Shown here in pieces: positions 17,569 through 27,817 of a DNA stretch of 51,883 nucleotides; position 1 is the stretch's first letter; every line of letters starts with the position of its first letter. The stretch is from an uncultured Oscillospiraceae bacterium (GTDB taxonomy: Bacteria > Bacillota > Clostridia > Oscillospirales > Ruminococcaceae), in the NCBI GenBank assembly GCA_905212515.1, contig CAJMEU010000001.1:1-51883 (forward strand), given 5' to 3'. Position numbers and translations under genes: made by a program. Below the pieces are notes generated by a model. It searched no databases. It had not been told where the DNA came from and worked only from the letters and a program-made list of their open reading frames with translations.

Positions 17569-18537
17569 ATGGACGAGACGCTGTTGAAGGCTCTGGCAAA
17601 GACCACGCAGGAGGAGCGGCTGCTGCTGGACGGGGAGGGTGTAGACAAGGCCCTGTACGCCAGCAGCCGCAGCTTCGAGGTGGACGCGGCCAAGCTGCTG
17701 GAAAAAGGCCGCCTCATCACCTTGCGGCCCCACACACGCTTTGCGCCGTTCCCGCGGCACAGCCATAATTATGTGGAGATCATGTACATGTGCGCGGGTG
17801 AAACGGTGCACGTGGTGAACGGCGGCGCGCCCATCACCCTGAAGGCCGGCGAACTGCTTTTTTTGAACCAGCATGCCAGCCATGCCATCCGCCGGGCACA
17901 GGCGGGGGATATCGCCGTCAACCTGATCGTGCTGCCGCAATTTTTTGATGTCGCCTTTGAGATGATCGGCACGGAAAACGTGCTGGGCCGTTTTTTGCTG
18001 GGCACGCTGCAAAGTGGCGGGGACGAGGTGTGCTGCCTCCACTGCCAAACGGCGGGCCTGCTGCCGGTGCAGGATATCGTGGAGAGCATGGTGTGGAGCC
18101 TGCTTCACAAAGAGCCCAATTCCCGGCGCATCAACCAGGTGAGCATGGCGCTGCTGCTGTTGCAGCTTTTGAACCATCCGGAATGCCTGACTGCCCAGGG
18201 CGCGTCAGAATGCGACAGCCCCCTGGTGCTGGCGGCCCTGCGGGAGATCGAAGAGAACTGCCGGGCGGCCAGCCTTTCGGACGTGGCGCGGCGGCACCGC
18301 GTCTCTCTGGCGTACCTCAGCGCCCAGGTGAAACAGGCCACCGGCAGCACCTTTAAGGAGCTGCTGCAGCAAAAGCGGCTGGACAAGGCCCAGCGCCTTT
18401 TGCGCGACACGAAGCTGCCCGTCCAGGCCATCGCGGAGGCGGTGGGCTACCAGACCACCAGCTATTTTTATTCCATCTATAAAAAGCAGTTCGGCATAAC
18501 GCCGAAGGAATACCGCTCTCGCTTGTGCAACATGTGA
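17569..18537 (+). CDS. AraC family regulator with cupin sensor (likely rhamnose-responsive)
   Basis: HSHNYVEIMY cupin and C-terminal HTH; directly upstream of rhaBAD. Confidence 0.88.
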   Translation: MDETLLKALAKTTQEERLLLDGEGVDKALYASSRSFEVDAAKLLEKGRLITLRPHTRFAPFPRHSHNYVEIMYMCAGETVHVVNGGAPITLKAGELLFLNQHASHAIRRAQAGDIAVNLIVLPQFFDVAFEMIGTENVLGRFLLGTLQSGGDEVCCLHCQTAGLLPVQDIVESMVWSLLHKEPNSRRINQVSMALLLLQLLNHPECLTAQGASECDSPLVLAALREIEENCRAASLSDVARRHRVSLAYLSAQVKQATGSTFKELLQQKRLDKAQRLLRDTKLPVQAIAEAVGYQTTSYFYSIYKKQFGITPKEYRSRLCNM

Positions 18538-18555
18538 AAAACCAGGCGTTGTGGT

Positions 18556-18619
18556 TAAATAAGCGCGTGATTATAGTGTAAATCACGCGCTTATTTATTT
18601 TTGCCCGGCCCTTTATAAT
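18556..18619 (+). promoter_or_regulatory. 17-bp perfect inverted repeat (terminator and/or operator) plus -10 box of the rha operon
   Basis: TAAATAAGCGCGTGATT-N8-AATCACGCGCTTATTTA (18556-18597) followed by a T-run; TATAAT at 18614-18619. Confidence 0.65.
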
Positions 18620-18642
18620 GAAGGTAGAAAGGGGGTGCGCGC

Positions 18643-20088
18643 ATGGCGTATCATCTTGCCATCGACATCGGGGCCTCGTCCGGGCGCCACATCCTGGGCC
18701 ATGTGGAAAACGGACGCATGATGCTGGAGGAGGTGTACCGCTTCGACAACCGGCAGGTGCGCCAAAACGGCCACGACTGCTGGGACACCGGCCACCTCTG
18801 GCGCAGCATTCTGGCGGGGCTGAAGGCTTGTAAGGCCGCGGGGAAAATTCCCGCCACCTTGGGCATCGACACCTGGGCGGTGGATTTCGTGCTGGTGGAT
18901 GGGGCCGGGCGGCCCGTGGGCGACGCCGTGGCGTATCGCGACAAACGCACGGAGGGCATGCGGGACGCGCTGGAGCCCATGCTCCCCTTTGCAAAGCACT
19001 ACGGGCGCACGGGCATCCAGTACCAGCCCTTCAACACTGCGTATCAGCTGGCCGCGCTGAAATGGGAACACCCTGAACAGCTGGAACAGGCCGCGCGCCT
19101 GCTGATGATCCCCGACTATTTCCATTACCTTCTCACCGGCCGTATGGTGAACGAGTACACCAATGCCACGTCCACCGCCCTGGTGGGCGCCGAAAGCCGC
19201 ACCTGGGACGACGAGCTCATCTCTGCCTTGGGCCTGCCCCGCAGCCTGTTTGGCGAACTGGCCCTGCCGGGCACACGGGTGGGACATTTTACGCGGGCAG
19301 TGCGGGAAGCCGTGGGCTTCGACTGCGAGGTGCTGCTGCCCGCCACCCACGACACGGGCTCGGCCTTTCTCGCCGTGCCCGCGCGGGACGAGCGGGCGGT
19401 GTACCTTTCCAGCGGCACCTGGAGCCTGTTAGGCGTGGAGAACGCCGCCCCCATCACCACACCGGCAAGCAGGACGCAGAATTTCACCAACGAAGGCGGC
19501 TACCAATACCGCTTCCGCTACCTAAAAAACATTATGGGGCTGTGGATGATCCAGTCCATCCGGCGGGAACTGAACGGCGAAACCTACGTGGTGGGGCGCG
19601 GGACGCGCAGCGCCGCCGGACGAGCCTGGAGTTACGCGGACCTTGAAGCCGAGGCTCGGGGCGCTGCCGCGTTTGCCAGCGTGGTGGATGTGGACGACGG
19701 CCGCTTTCTCTCCCCCGCCAGTATGACGGAGGCGGTAAAGACCGCTTGTGCCGAAAGCGGCCAGCCGGTACCCGCCACGGTGGGGGAGGTGATGGCGTGC
19801 GTCTACCACAGCCTTGCGCACAGCTACCGCCGGGCCATCGAAGAGTTGTCCCTGCTGACAGGCAAAACCTACACCAGCCTCAACATCGTGGGCGGCGGCA
19901 GCAAAGACGGCTACCTGAACGAGCTGACGGCGCGGGCTACCGGCTTGACGGTGTTCGCCGGGCCCACGGAGGGCACCGCGCTGGGCAATCTGATGGTGCA
20001 GTTTATCAGTGCCGGGGAATACCGGGACCTGGCTGAGGCGAGAAAGGCCATCCAACAATCTTTTCCCATAAAGGAGATCAGACCATGA
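18643..20088 (+). CDS. rhaB: Rhamnulokinase
   Basis: AIDIGASSGR, GIDTWAVDF, HDTGSA, SSGTWSL, FTNEGG, IVGGGS; operon context. Confidence 0.93.
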   Translation: MAYHLAIDIGASSGRHILGHVENGRMMLEEVYRFDNRQVRQNGHDCWDTGHLWRSILAGLKACKAAGKIPATLGIDTWAVDFVLVDGAGRPVGDAVAYRDKRTEGMRDALEPMLPFAKHYGRTGIQYQPFNTAYQLAALKWEHPEQLEQAARLLMIPDYFHYLLTGRMVNEYTNATSTALVGAESRTWDDELISALGLPRSLFGELALPGTRVGHFTRAVREAVGFDCEVLLPATHDTGSAFLAVPARDERAVYLSSGTWSLLGVENAAPITTPASRTQNFTNEGGYQYRFRYLKNIMGLWMIQSIRRELNGETYVVGRGTRSAAGRAWSYADLEAEARGAAAFASVVDVDDGRFLSPASMTEAVKTACAESGQPVPATVGEVMACVYHSLAHSYRRAIEELSLLTGKTYTSLNIVGGGSKDGYLNELTARATGLTVFAGPTEGTALGNLMVQFISAGEYRDLAEARKAIQQSFPIKEIRP

Positions 20089-21332
20089 ACAGATACGAAG
20101 AGGCAAAAGCGCGCTATGCCGCGTTCGGCGTGGACGCGGAGGAAGCGCTGGCAAAGGCCGCGGGCAAGGCCATTTCCATCCACTGCTGGCAGGGTGACGA
20201 CGTGCGCGGCTTTGATCAAAAAGACGGCAAGGCCGGCGACGGCATCCAGACCACGGGCAACTACCCTGGCCGCGCCCGCAATTTTGAAGAGCTGAAGGCC
20301 GATTTTTTGCAGGCGGCATCCCTCATCCCGGGTAAAAAGCGCATCAACCTGCACGCTGCCTATGCCGTTTTTGCGGACGGCGAATGGGCGGACCGGGATA
20401 AGATCGAATACCGGCACTTTGCCCCGTGGGTGGCCTTTGCCAAGGAACACGGTTTCGGCATCGACTTTAACCCCACCTGCTATTCCCACCCCATGGTGCA
20501 GAATGGCTTTACCCTGGCCAGTCCCGACGGGGACGTGCGGCGCTTCTGGATCGACCACTGCAAGGCCTGCCGCCGCATCGCGCAGCGCATCGGCGAAGAG
20601 CTGGGCGACCGGGCGCTGAACAACGTGTGGATCCCCGACGGCCTCAGGGACGTGCCGGCGGATCGCCTGGGCCACCGCATGCGGCTGAAGGACGCGCTGG
20701 ACGAGATCTTCGCCGCGCCCCTGCCCAACGTCATCGACTGTGTGGAGAGCAAGGTGTTCGGCATCGGGCTTGAGAGCTACACCGTGGGCTCCAACGAGTT
20801 TTATACCGCTTACGCGGCTTCCCATCCCGGCGTGTACAACCTGATGGACGCGGGGCACTATCACCCCACCGAGTTCATCAGCGACAAGATCCCCGCCATG
20901 CTTTGCTTCTTCGATCAAGTGCCTCTGCACGTCACCCGCTCCGTGCGATGGGACTCGGACCACGTGGTGCTGTTCGACGACGAGCTGAAAGAGATCATGA
21001 CCGAGGTCGTGCGCTGCGGCGCGCTGGACAAGATGCTCATCGGCCTTGATTTCTTCGATGCCTCCATCAATCGTGTGGCGGCCTGGGTGGTGGGCACCCG
21101 CAACGCGCAGAAAGCGCTGCTGTGGGCCCTGCTGCAGCCCCACGAAACGCTGAAGGCCTTACAGGACACGGCGCGTTTCACCGAAAAAATGGTGCGCATG
21201 GAGGCGGCGAAGACCCTTCCCTTCGGCGACATCTGGGAGGAGTACTGCCGCCGTCAGGGCGTGCCTGCGGATGAGAACTGGTTCGGCGCCGTGGAAGCTT
21301 ACGAAAAAGACGTGCTGAGCAGGAGAGGATAA
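20085..21332 (+). CDS. rhaA: L-rhamnose isomerase
   Basis: SIHCWQGDDVRGF, TGNYPGRAR, VESKVFGIGLESYTVGSNEFY, GHYHPTE, VRWDSDHVV, GLDFFDASINR. Confidence 0.97.
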   Translation: MNRYEEAKARYAAFGVDAEEALAKAAGKAISIHCWQGDDVRGFDQKDGKAGDGIQTTGNYPGRARNFEELKADFLQAASLIPGKKRINLHAAYAVFADGEWADRDKIEYRHFAPWVAFAKEHGFGIDFNPTCYSHPMVQNGFTLASPDGDVRRFWIDHCKACRRIAQRIGEELGDRALNNVWIPDGLRDVPADRLGHRMRLKDALDEIFAAPLPNVIDCVESKVFGIGLESYTVGSNEFYTAYAASHPGVYNLMDAGHYHPTEFISDKIPAMLCFFDQVPLHVTRSVRWDSDHVVLFDDELKEIMTEVVRCGALDKMLIGLDFFDASINRVAAWVVGTRNAQKALLWALLQPHETLKALQDTARFTEKMVRMEAAKTLPFGDIWEEYCRRQGVPADENWFGAVEAYEKDVLSRRG

Positions 21333-21335
21333 GGT

Positions 21336-22160
21336 ATGGATATTCTGGACATCGACATCATCAAAGCCTATATCCGCATGGCCGACGACGGCTGGCGGCA
21401 GGGCTGGCACGAGCGCAACGGCGGCAACCTGACCTACCGCATGCACCCGGAAGAGGTGGAGCAGTGCCGGCCCTTCTTTGGCAAGCCGGGGCCCTGGGTG
21501 GGCATGGGCGTGCGGGCGGAAAATCTCGCAGGCGAATATTTCATCACCACGGGCAGCGGCAAATACTTCCGCAACGGCATCCTGAACCCCGCCCGCTCCC
21601 TGGGCATCGTGGAGATCGATGAGGCGGGCGGCGCCTGGCGCATCGTCTGGGGCCTGGCGGACGGCGCAAAGCCCACCAGTGAATTCCCCAGCCATTTTAT
21701 GAATCATTCGGTGCGCAAAACCGCCACAAACGGCGCCTGCCGCGTGATTTACCACGCCCATACGCCGAACCTGATCGCCATGACTTATCTGTTGCCCCTG
21801 ACGGCGCGGGATTTCACCCGCGCCTTGTGGCAGTCGGCCACCGAGTGCCCGGTGGTGTTCCCCGGCGGCGTGGGCGTGGTGCCCTGGATGGTGCCCGGCG
21901 GGGCGGACATCGCCATGGCCACCTCGGAGCTGATGAAAACCTATGACGCGGCCGTCTGGGCGCACCACGGCCTGTTTTGCTCGGGCCCGGATTTCGACAC
22001 CACCTTCGGCCTGATGCACACCATTGAAAAGGCGGCGCAGATCTATCTGCTGGCGCTCAGCGCCGGGCAGGGGAAGATCCGGCAGACCATCACCGACAAC
22101 GACCTGCGCGCCATCGCCAAGGCCTTCGGCGTGACGCTGAACGAGGAATTCCTCGTGTGA
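21336..22160 (+). CDS. rhaD: Rhamnulose-1-phosphate aldolase
   Basis: GWHERNGGN, TGSGKYFRN, PTSEFPSH, YHAH, WAHHG. Confidence 0.95.
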   Translation: MDILDIDIIKAYIRMADDGWRQGWHERNGGNLTYRMHPEEVEQCRPFFGKPGPWVGMGVRAENLAGEYFITTGSGKYFRNGILNPARSLGIVEIDEAGGAWRIVWGLADGAKPTSEFPSHFMNHSVRKTATNGACRVIYHAHTPNLIAMTYLLPLTARDFTRALWQSATECPVVFPGGVGVVPWMVPGGADIAMATSELMKTYDAAVWAHHGLFCSGPDFDTTFGLMHTIEKAAQIYLLALSAGQGKIRQTITDNDLRAIAKAFGVTLNEEFLV

Positions 22161-22308
22161 AAAATGAGATGATATCGGCCGTCTCCCTTTCGCTCAGGCT
22201 CTGTAATCAAGGGATCTGTGCCTAAGCCAGAACCGCTCTGGCCTTTTGAATCCAGCTGTGTTATATTGTAGACGGAACTCCGCGGTGAGCAGAGAGAGGG
22301 TGCCTATT

Positions 22309-23523
22309 GTGCGTGAAAGGGAAAGGTTTTGCAATCTTTTCTATGAAGTGGTGGGCATTCCCCTCTGCGTCTGCCGCGCCGACGGCTCTCTGCTGTTCAC
22401 ACAGCCACAGTTCAAGGGCGACTTGCTGCCGCCCGAATATTTTAAATATTGCCTGATGGATTTTTCACTGCAAAAGCGCGATAGGGAAAACCCGCTGATC
22501 CTCATGTTTGAACCCGGGTATTTTCTCGGCATTGCCCAGCTTGATGCGGATACTTTTTTGATGTTGGGCCCTTGTGGGCCGTTCCGTCCCAGCAGGGAGC
22601 AGGTATATGAATTCTGCCGCTGGGTCATTCTTCCAGAACGGTTGCTGGAGTTCTGCGACCTGCTCATGCATGTGCCAACCTTTTCTCTGCGTCGGTTTTC
22701 CGATGCCCTGGCGCTGGCGATCGCGCTTTGTACCGGGCGCGACATCCCGCCGGAACAGATCCTGCTGAGCAATTCCACCATCCGGCAGAATGAGGTACAG
22801 CCAGCCGTGGCGCAGGCGCTGTTCCAGTCACGGGAAAACGAGAGATACCATACGCCGGCCGATTACGAAAATAGTTTGGTGCAGGCGATCGAGCAGGGCG
22901 ATACAATACTTCTGAAAACACGGTTGCTGACCCCGATGCAGGGGGAGGGCGGACGGATGGCCGCGAACATGCTCACCCAGGAAAAATATACTTTTGTCAC
23001 CTGTGCCACGCTGTGGACGCGGGCCGCCATCCGTGGAGGGTTGCCGCAGGAAACGGCTTATTCCATGAGCGACGGTTACTGCCAGCGTATGGACAGGATG
23101 CGGCAGGTGACCGATGTGAACGCCCTGATGTATGAGATGGCGTTGGATTTTTGTGCCAAAACCGGGGCGGCGAAGAAACGGGAGCGCTATTCCCTGCCCG
23201 TGCGCAAATGCCGGGACTATATCGACGAGCATCTTCATGAAAAAATCACCTTGGAAGATCTGTCTGGGCTCACAAAACTTTGTGCGCGCAGTGTTTCCGC
23301 AAAATTCAAAAAGGAGACTGGCTTCTCTGTTTCCGATTATATCCAGAGGGAGCGCGTGCGGGAGGCGGAATATCTGCTGCTGCACAGTGCGTACTCGCTG
23401 GCAGAAATCAGCGAATTCTTACAGTACAATTCGCAGAGCTATTTCTGCCAGGTGTTCCGGCGTTTTACCGGGCGCACACCACAGCAATACCGTGATCAGG
23501 CGCAAACCTATGTCAAAGAATAA
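22309..23523 (+). CDS. AraC family regulator with a large N-terminal sensor (same type as 9096-10307)
   Basis: RAAIRGGLPQETAYSMSD and C-terminal HTH; GTG start inferred from the GAGGG RBS. Confidence 0.88.
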   Translation: MRERERFCNLFYEVVGIPLCVCRADGSLLFTQPQFKGDLLPPEYFKYCLMDFSLQKRDRENPLILMFEPGYFLGIAQLDADTFLMLGPCGPFRPSREQVYEFCRWVILPERLLEFCDLLMHVPTFSLRRFSDALALAIALCTGRDIPPEQILLSNSTIRQNEVQPAVAQALFQSRENERYHTPADYENSLVQAIEQGDTILLKTRLLTPMQGEGGRMAANMLTQEKYTFVTCATLWTRAAIRGGLPQETAYSMSDGYCQRMDRMRQVTDVNALMYEMALDFCAKTGAAKKRERYSLPVRKCRDYIDEHLHEKITLEDLSGLTKLCARSVSAKFKKETGFSVSDYIQRERVREAEYLLLHSAYSLAEISEFLQYNSQSYFCQVFRRFTGRTPQQYRDQAQTYVKE

Positions 23524-23527
23524 GAGG

Positions 23528-23578
23528 AGAACGGCCGCAGCAGCTACCTTAAGGTAGCTGCTGCGGCCGTTCTTTTTT
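23528..23578 (+). terminator. 46-bp perfect palindrome followed by a T-run (terminator)
   Basis: AGAACGGCCGCAGCAGCTACCTT|AAGGTAGCTGCTGCGGCCGTTCT directly after the AraC stop. Confidence 0.8.
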
Positions 23579-23660
23579 ATTGCTTCGCAATAAAAAACCT
23601 GATTTTTTGCCGTGGATCGGGGCGGTCCACATGGCCCCCAATAGCCCACGCTCATTTTTA
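23573..23660. repeat. Diverged, inverted copy of the 1-185 multi-hairpin repeat
   Basis: TTTTTTATTGC-TTC-GCAATAAAAAA-C-CTGAT...GCCGTGG-N11-CCACATGGCC...AATAGCC aligns colinearly with the reverse complement of 1-110. Confidence 0.8.
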
Positions 23661-23779
23661 TCTGATTTTTAACATAACTTTCTTGTTTTTGATATACTGG
23701 TCCGCCATTTTACGTTATCCTTGTTAATAGAAGGACATTGCACAGGCAGACAAAGACAACAGAAGGAGAGGACGGGATC

Positions 23780-25228
23780 ATGGAGATTGTTGACAAGAAG
23801 CCCTTCCGCACCCGTATCGCACGGGAAGATGTGCAAAAAAGCGAAAAGTGGTTGGGCTATCTGGTTGGCCCGGCAGGCGCGCTTTTGTTGAATGCGGTGC
23901 TGGCGTCTTACTTAAACGTATATTACACCGACGTATTGAAGCTCACCGGCGTTTGGGGCGGGGCTTTTCTGGCGGTGTTCCCCATTGTGAGCAAGCTCAT
24001 CGACGCCTTGACGAATGTGGTGATGGGGCAGATTATCGAGCGCACCCCCACGGCGCAGGGCAAGGCGCGCCCCTGGCTGCTGGTCAGCGCGCCCTTGGTC
24101 ACGGTGACGGGTATTCTGCTGTTCACCGTGCCTGCGGCCAGCCAGGGTGTGCAGGTGGTGTGGGTGATGCTTTCCTACAACCTGTTTTATTCGTTCGCCT
24201 ACACGATGTACAATATGAGCCACAACCTGATGGTGCCGCTGTCTACCCGCAATACCGAACAGCGCGGCGTGCTGTCGGTCTTCACCAACGTGGCCACGGT
24301 GATGATCTCCGGCATTATCGTGGCACTGATTTTTCCCATGGTGGTATTGCCTGCCTTGGGCGTGGATCAGGAAAAATGGATTTTGGTGATGACGGTCGTC
24401 TCGATCTTGGCGCTGCCGCTGACGCTGGTGGAATACTATTTTACCCGCGAGCGCATCACCGAGGAAAGCGCCGGCCTGGCCGCCCGCAAGATCCCCATGC
24501 GCCAGCAGCTGAGGGCAGTGCTTACCGACAAGTACTGGGTGGTGATCATCCTGTATTACCTGTTCTACACCTTCGGCAGCAATATCAAAAACATTTCCCT
24601 GGTGTACTACTGCAACTATGTGCTGGGCACTTACAATGACGGCATCACCCAGACGCTGGTATCGGTCATCGGCGGCATCCCCATGGGCATCGGCATATTC
24701 GCCGTCTGGCCGCTGGCCAAGAAATTCGGCAAGCGCAACGTGACCATGGCCGGGTTCGTTCTGTACATCCTCGGCGGCGCCGTATGTCTTATCGACCCGC
24801 ACAACATGGTTGTGGTGCTGGTGGGGCAGTTCATTAAAAATATCGGCGGCCTGCCCTGCGCCTATGTGTTCGCAGCCCTGCTGGCGGACGTGCTGGACCA
24901 TATGGAATGGAAATGCGGCTACCGCGTGGACGGTCTGTCGGCATCTGCAAACACCATCATCATCACCGTGTGCACGGGGCTGTCCAGCGGCGTGTTCAAT
25001 CTGCGGCTCTCTGCTTCCGGCTATGTGGCGCCGGAGCTGGTGGGCGGGCAGACAGTGGCGTCCGTCCAGAATGCGGCGACGCAAAGTGCCATCACCGGCT
25101 GTTTTTTGGGGGTGGAGATCATCACGGGCATCATCATGATCGCGCTGCTGGTATTTTTGAATGTGGAGAAAGTCATCCATCAGGAACAAGCGGAGATCAA
25201 GGCGCGCAGGAATACGCACATAGAGTAA
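23780..25228 (+). CDS. GPH-family MFS glycoside:cation symporter
   Basis: [24 protein letters not shown] and [10 protein letters not shown] motifs; ~12 TM helices. Confidence 0.9.
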   Translation: MEIVDKKPFRTRIAREDVQKSEKWLGYLVGPAGALLLNAVLASYLNVYYTDVLKLTGVWGGAFLAVFPIVSKLIDALTNVVMGQIIERTPTAQGKARPWLLVSAPLVTVTGILLFTVPAASQGVQVVWVMLSYNLFYSFAYTMYNMSHNLMVPLSTRNTEQRGVLSVFTNVATVMISGIIVALIFPMVVLPALGVDQEKWILVMTVVSILALPLTLVEYYFTRERITEESAGLAARKIPMRQQLRAVLTDKYWVVIILYYLFYTFGSNIKNISLVYYCNYVLGTYNDGITQTLVSVIGGIPMGIGIFAVWPLAKKFGKRNVTMAGFVLYILGGAVCLIDPHNMVVVLVGQFIKNIGGLPCAYVFAALLADVLDHMEWKCGYRVDGLSASANTIIITVCTGLSSGVFNLRLSASGYVAPELVGGQTVASVQNAATQSAITGCFLGVEIITGIIMIALLVFLNVEKVIHQEQAEIKARRNTHIE

Positions 25229-25240
25229 GGCGGTGTAGGG

Positions 25241-27799
25241 ATGAAAGCGGTTCGGCTGAAGACTGAATATTTACACGATCCCCTCGGAATCGGCATCACT
25301 GTCCCGCGCCTGTTCTGGAACTGCGAGGATGGGCAGATGCAAACGGCCTGGCAGGTGATAGCGCGGAGTGGAGAGGGCGCCGTCCTGTGGGACAGCGGCA
25401 AAACGGAGGGCGCGTCCATGCGGGTTGCCTGGGCCGGCCCCCGCCTTGGCAGCCGGGCGCGGGTCGTTTGGCAAGTGCGGCTGTGGGATGAAAGCGGACA
25501 CCCGGGCCCGTGGAGTGACAAGGCCCGCTTTGAACTGGGCCTGCTGCAGCCGGAGGACTGGCAGGCCCAGTGGATCGCCGGCGACTATACACCGAAGAAA
25601 AACAAGCGCTATCCGGTGGACTGTTTCCGCAGGCGATTCACGGTGAACGGCATCAAAAAGGCGCGGTTGTACATCACGGCCTGCGGCCTGTACGAAGCGC
25701 AGCTGAACGGCGTGCGGGTGGGCGATTTCATCCTGGCGCCGGGCATCACCGATTACAAACGGCGCATTCAATATCAGACTTATGACGTGACGGCTCTGCT
25801 GAAAAACGGACAGAACAGTCTGTGCGTCCAATTGGCCGACGGCTGGTTCCGGGGAAGCACAGGCGCGTGGGGGCTGAAAAATCAATATGGCACCCAGACA
25901 AAGCTGCTGGCCCAACTGGAGCTCTCCCAGGAGGACGGCACCGAGCAGACGATAATCAGCGATGAAAGCTGGGAATGGTCGAACGATGGGCCGGTCCGCT
26001 TTGCGGACAACAAGGACGGCGAAGCAGTCGAGGCCTGGCGGGTGCCGGGCTATGGCGGCCGCGCGCGGAAAGCCCGCTGCTCCGTGACGCCCACGGCCTC
26101 CGACAATGTACCTGTCACCGAGCACGAGCGCTTTTCCCCACGTCTGCTTCATACGCCGTCAGGTAAAAAAGTGCTGGATTTCGGCCAGAATATCGCGGGG
26201 TATGTGCGCTTTTCCGTAACGGCCAAGGCCGGGCAGACGCTTTTTCTCCGCTTTGGCGAATTGCTGGACGACGCCGGCGAATTCACACAGAAAAATATCC
26301 AGTGCTCCAACAGAAAAGTCACCACGCCGTTGCAGCAAGTGCGCTATCTTTGCCGGGACGGCGTCAACGATTACAAAACGACCTTTGCCATTTTCGGCTT
26401 CCAATATGTATTGGTGGAGACGGACATAGCGCTGGAACCAAAGGACTTCGAGGCGATCGCGGTGTACTCCGACATGGAGCAGGCCGCCCAGTTTGAAAGT
26501 TCCAATGCGCTGCTGGATCAGTTTGTAAAAAACACGCTGTGGAGCGCAAAAAACAACTCTGCCGACCTGCCTACAGACTGTCCCACCCGCGAGCGTCACG
26601 GCTGGACGGGCGACGCGCAGATTTTTTGCGGCACGGCCTGTTATCTGCTGGACTATATGCCTTTTGCACGCAAATACCTGAGGGCTGTATACGACTGGCA
26701 GAAGGAAAACGGGTGCCTGCCCCAAATCGTGCCCGAGGGCGGCGTGGATTTTTACATGAGTGCGATGGATGGGTCCGTGGGCTGGGCGGATGCCGGCGTA
26801 CTGATGCCCTATGTGCTGTGGAAGCAGTATGGGGATGAAGAGATCCTGCGCGAGCATTATGATGGGATGGCCCGCTACGCCCGCTTTATGCAAAGACGCT
26901 GCGGGAAATGGTATCCCACGGCCAAAGCGACAGGCCTCAGAGGAGAAGCAAAACGGTACTTGTCCAATTACGGCCAGGCTTATGGCGAGTGGGCCGAACC
27001 GGCCGACGTCCATACCACCACCTGGAAAGACTGCGCTGTGCCGCACCCGGAAGTAGCCACGGCTTACACCAGTCATGTGATGAGCCGTATGGCGGAAATC
27101 GCCGACGCGTTGGGAAAGAAAGAAGACGCGGCCGACTACCGCCGCTGGGCAGAAAACACCAAAAAAGCGTATCAGGCCCTGGCTGGAACAAAGGCTCATT
27201 CGCTGGATACTGACCGGCAAGCGCGTCTGGTGCGCCCTTTGGCCTTTGGCCTGCTGGATGAAAGACAGACGGCCTATGCAAAACGGCGGCTGGTGGAGGC
27301 GCTGGAACATTATGGCTGGCGGCTGGGCACGGGGCTCCTCTCCACGCCCCTCATTTTGGATGTGCTGGCTGAGATCGACATCGAATACGCTTACCGCCTG
27401 CTGGAGAATGAAGAGATGCCCGGCTGGCTGTTCATGCCAAAAAACGGCGCCACCACCGTGTGGGAGGCCTGGGAGGGAACGCAGGCCGCGAAAGGCATCG
27501 CCTCTCTGGACCATTATTCCAAGGGCGCGGTATGTGAATGGCTGTTTAAAACGATGGGGGGCATCCGTGTGGACGGTGAGAACCGGTTTGTCATCTCTCC
27601 GCGCCCCGGCGGGCATTTCACCCGGGCGCAGGTGTCATATCGCAGTATTTACGGCACGGCAGCCTGCGGCTGGAAGCGGACGGCCGGAGGGAAAACGGCC
27701 TACGTCGTCACGGTGCCGTCCAATTGCACCGCGGCAGTGTACCTGCCTGGTGCGGACGTACAGCTACAGGGGCCGGGCACCAGGGAATATCTTGTCTGA
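25241..27799 (+). CDS. GH78 alpha-L-rhamnosidase (second copy)
   Basis: PLGIG..PRLFW N-terminus, LDFGQNIAG, PTDCPTRERHGWTGD, GATTVWEAW, SLDHYSKG. Confidence 0.92.
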   Translation: MKAVRLKTEYLHDPLGIGITVPRLFWNCEDGQMQTAWQVIARSGEGAVLWDSGKTEGASMRVAWAGPRLGSRARVVWQVRLWDESGHPGPWSDKARFELGLLQPEDWQAQWIAGDYTPKKNKRYPVDCFRRRFTVNGIKKARLYITACGLYEAQLNGVRVGDFILAPGITDYKRRIQYQTYDVTALLKNGQNSLCVQLADGWFRGSTGAWGLKNQYGTQTKLLAQLELSQEDGTEQTIISDESWEWSNDGPVRFADNKDGEAVEAWRVPGYGGRARKARCSVTPTASDNVPVTEHERFSPRLLHTPSGKKVLDFGQNIAGYVRFSVTAKAGQTLFLRFGELLDDAGEFTQKNIQCSNRKVTTPLQQVRYLCRDGVNDYKTTFAIFGFQYVLVETDIALEPKDFEAIAVYSDMEQAAQFESSNALLDQFVKNTLWSAKNNSADLPTDCPTRERHGWTGDAQIFCGTACYLLDYMPFARKYLRAVYDWQKENGCLPQIVPEGGVDFYMSAMDGSVGWADAGVLMPYVLWKQYGDEEILREHYDGMARYARFMQRRCGKWYPTAKATGLRGEAKRYLSNYGQAYGEWAEPADVHTTTWKDCAVPHPEVATAYTSHVMSRMAEIADALGKKEDAADYRRWAENTKKAYQALAGTKAHSLDTDRQARLVRPLAFGLLDERQTAYAKRRLVEALEHYGWRLGTGLLSTPLILDVLAEIDIEYAYRLLENEEMPGWLFMPKNGATTVWEAWEGTQAAKGIASLDHYSKGAVCEWLFKTMGGIRVDGENRFVISPRPGGHFTRAQVSYRSIYGTAACGWKRTAGGKTAYVVTVPSNCTAAVYLPGADVQLQGPGTREYLV

Positions 27800-27817
27800 G
27801 GATGAAGGAGACTGACC

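Noticed and set aside
14869..18177. 1102-aa minus-strand ORF and other long antisense ORFs (e.g. 10640-12616, 37279-39141)
   Set aside because: They are shadows of well-supported genes in high-GC DNA, with no recognisable motifs or RBS.
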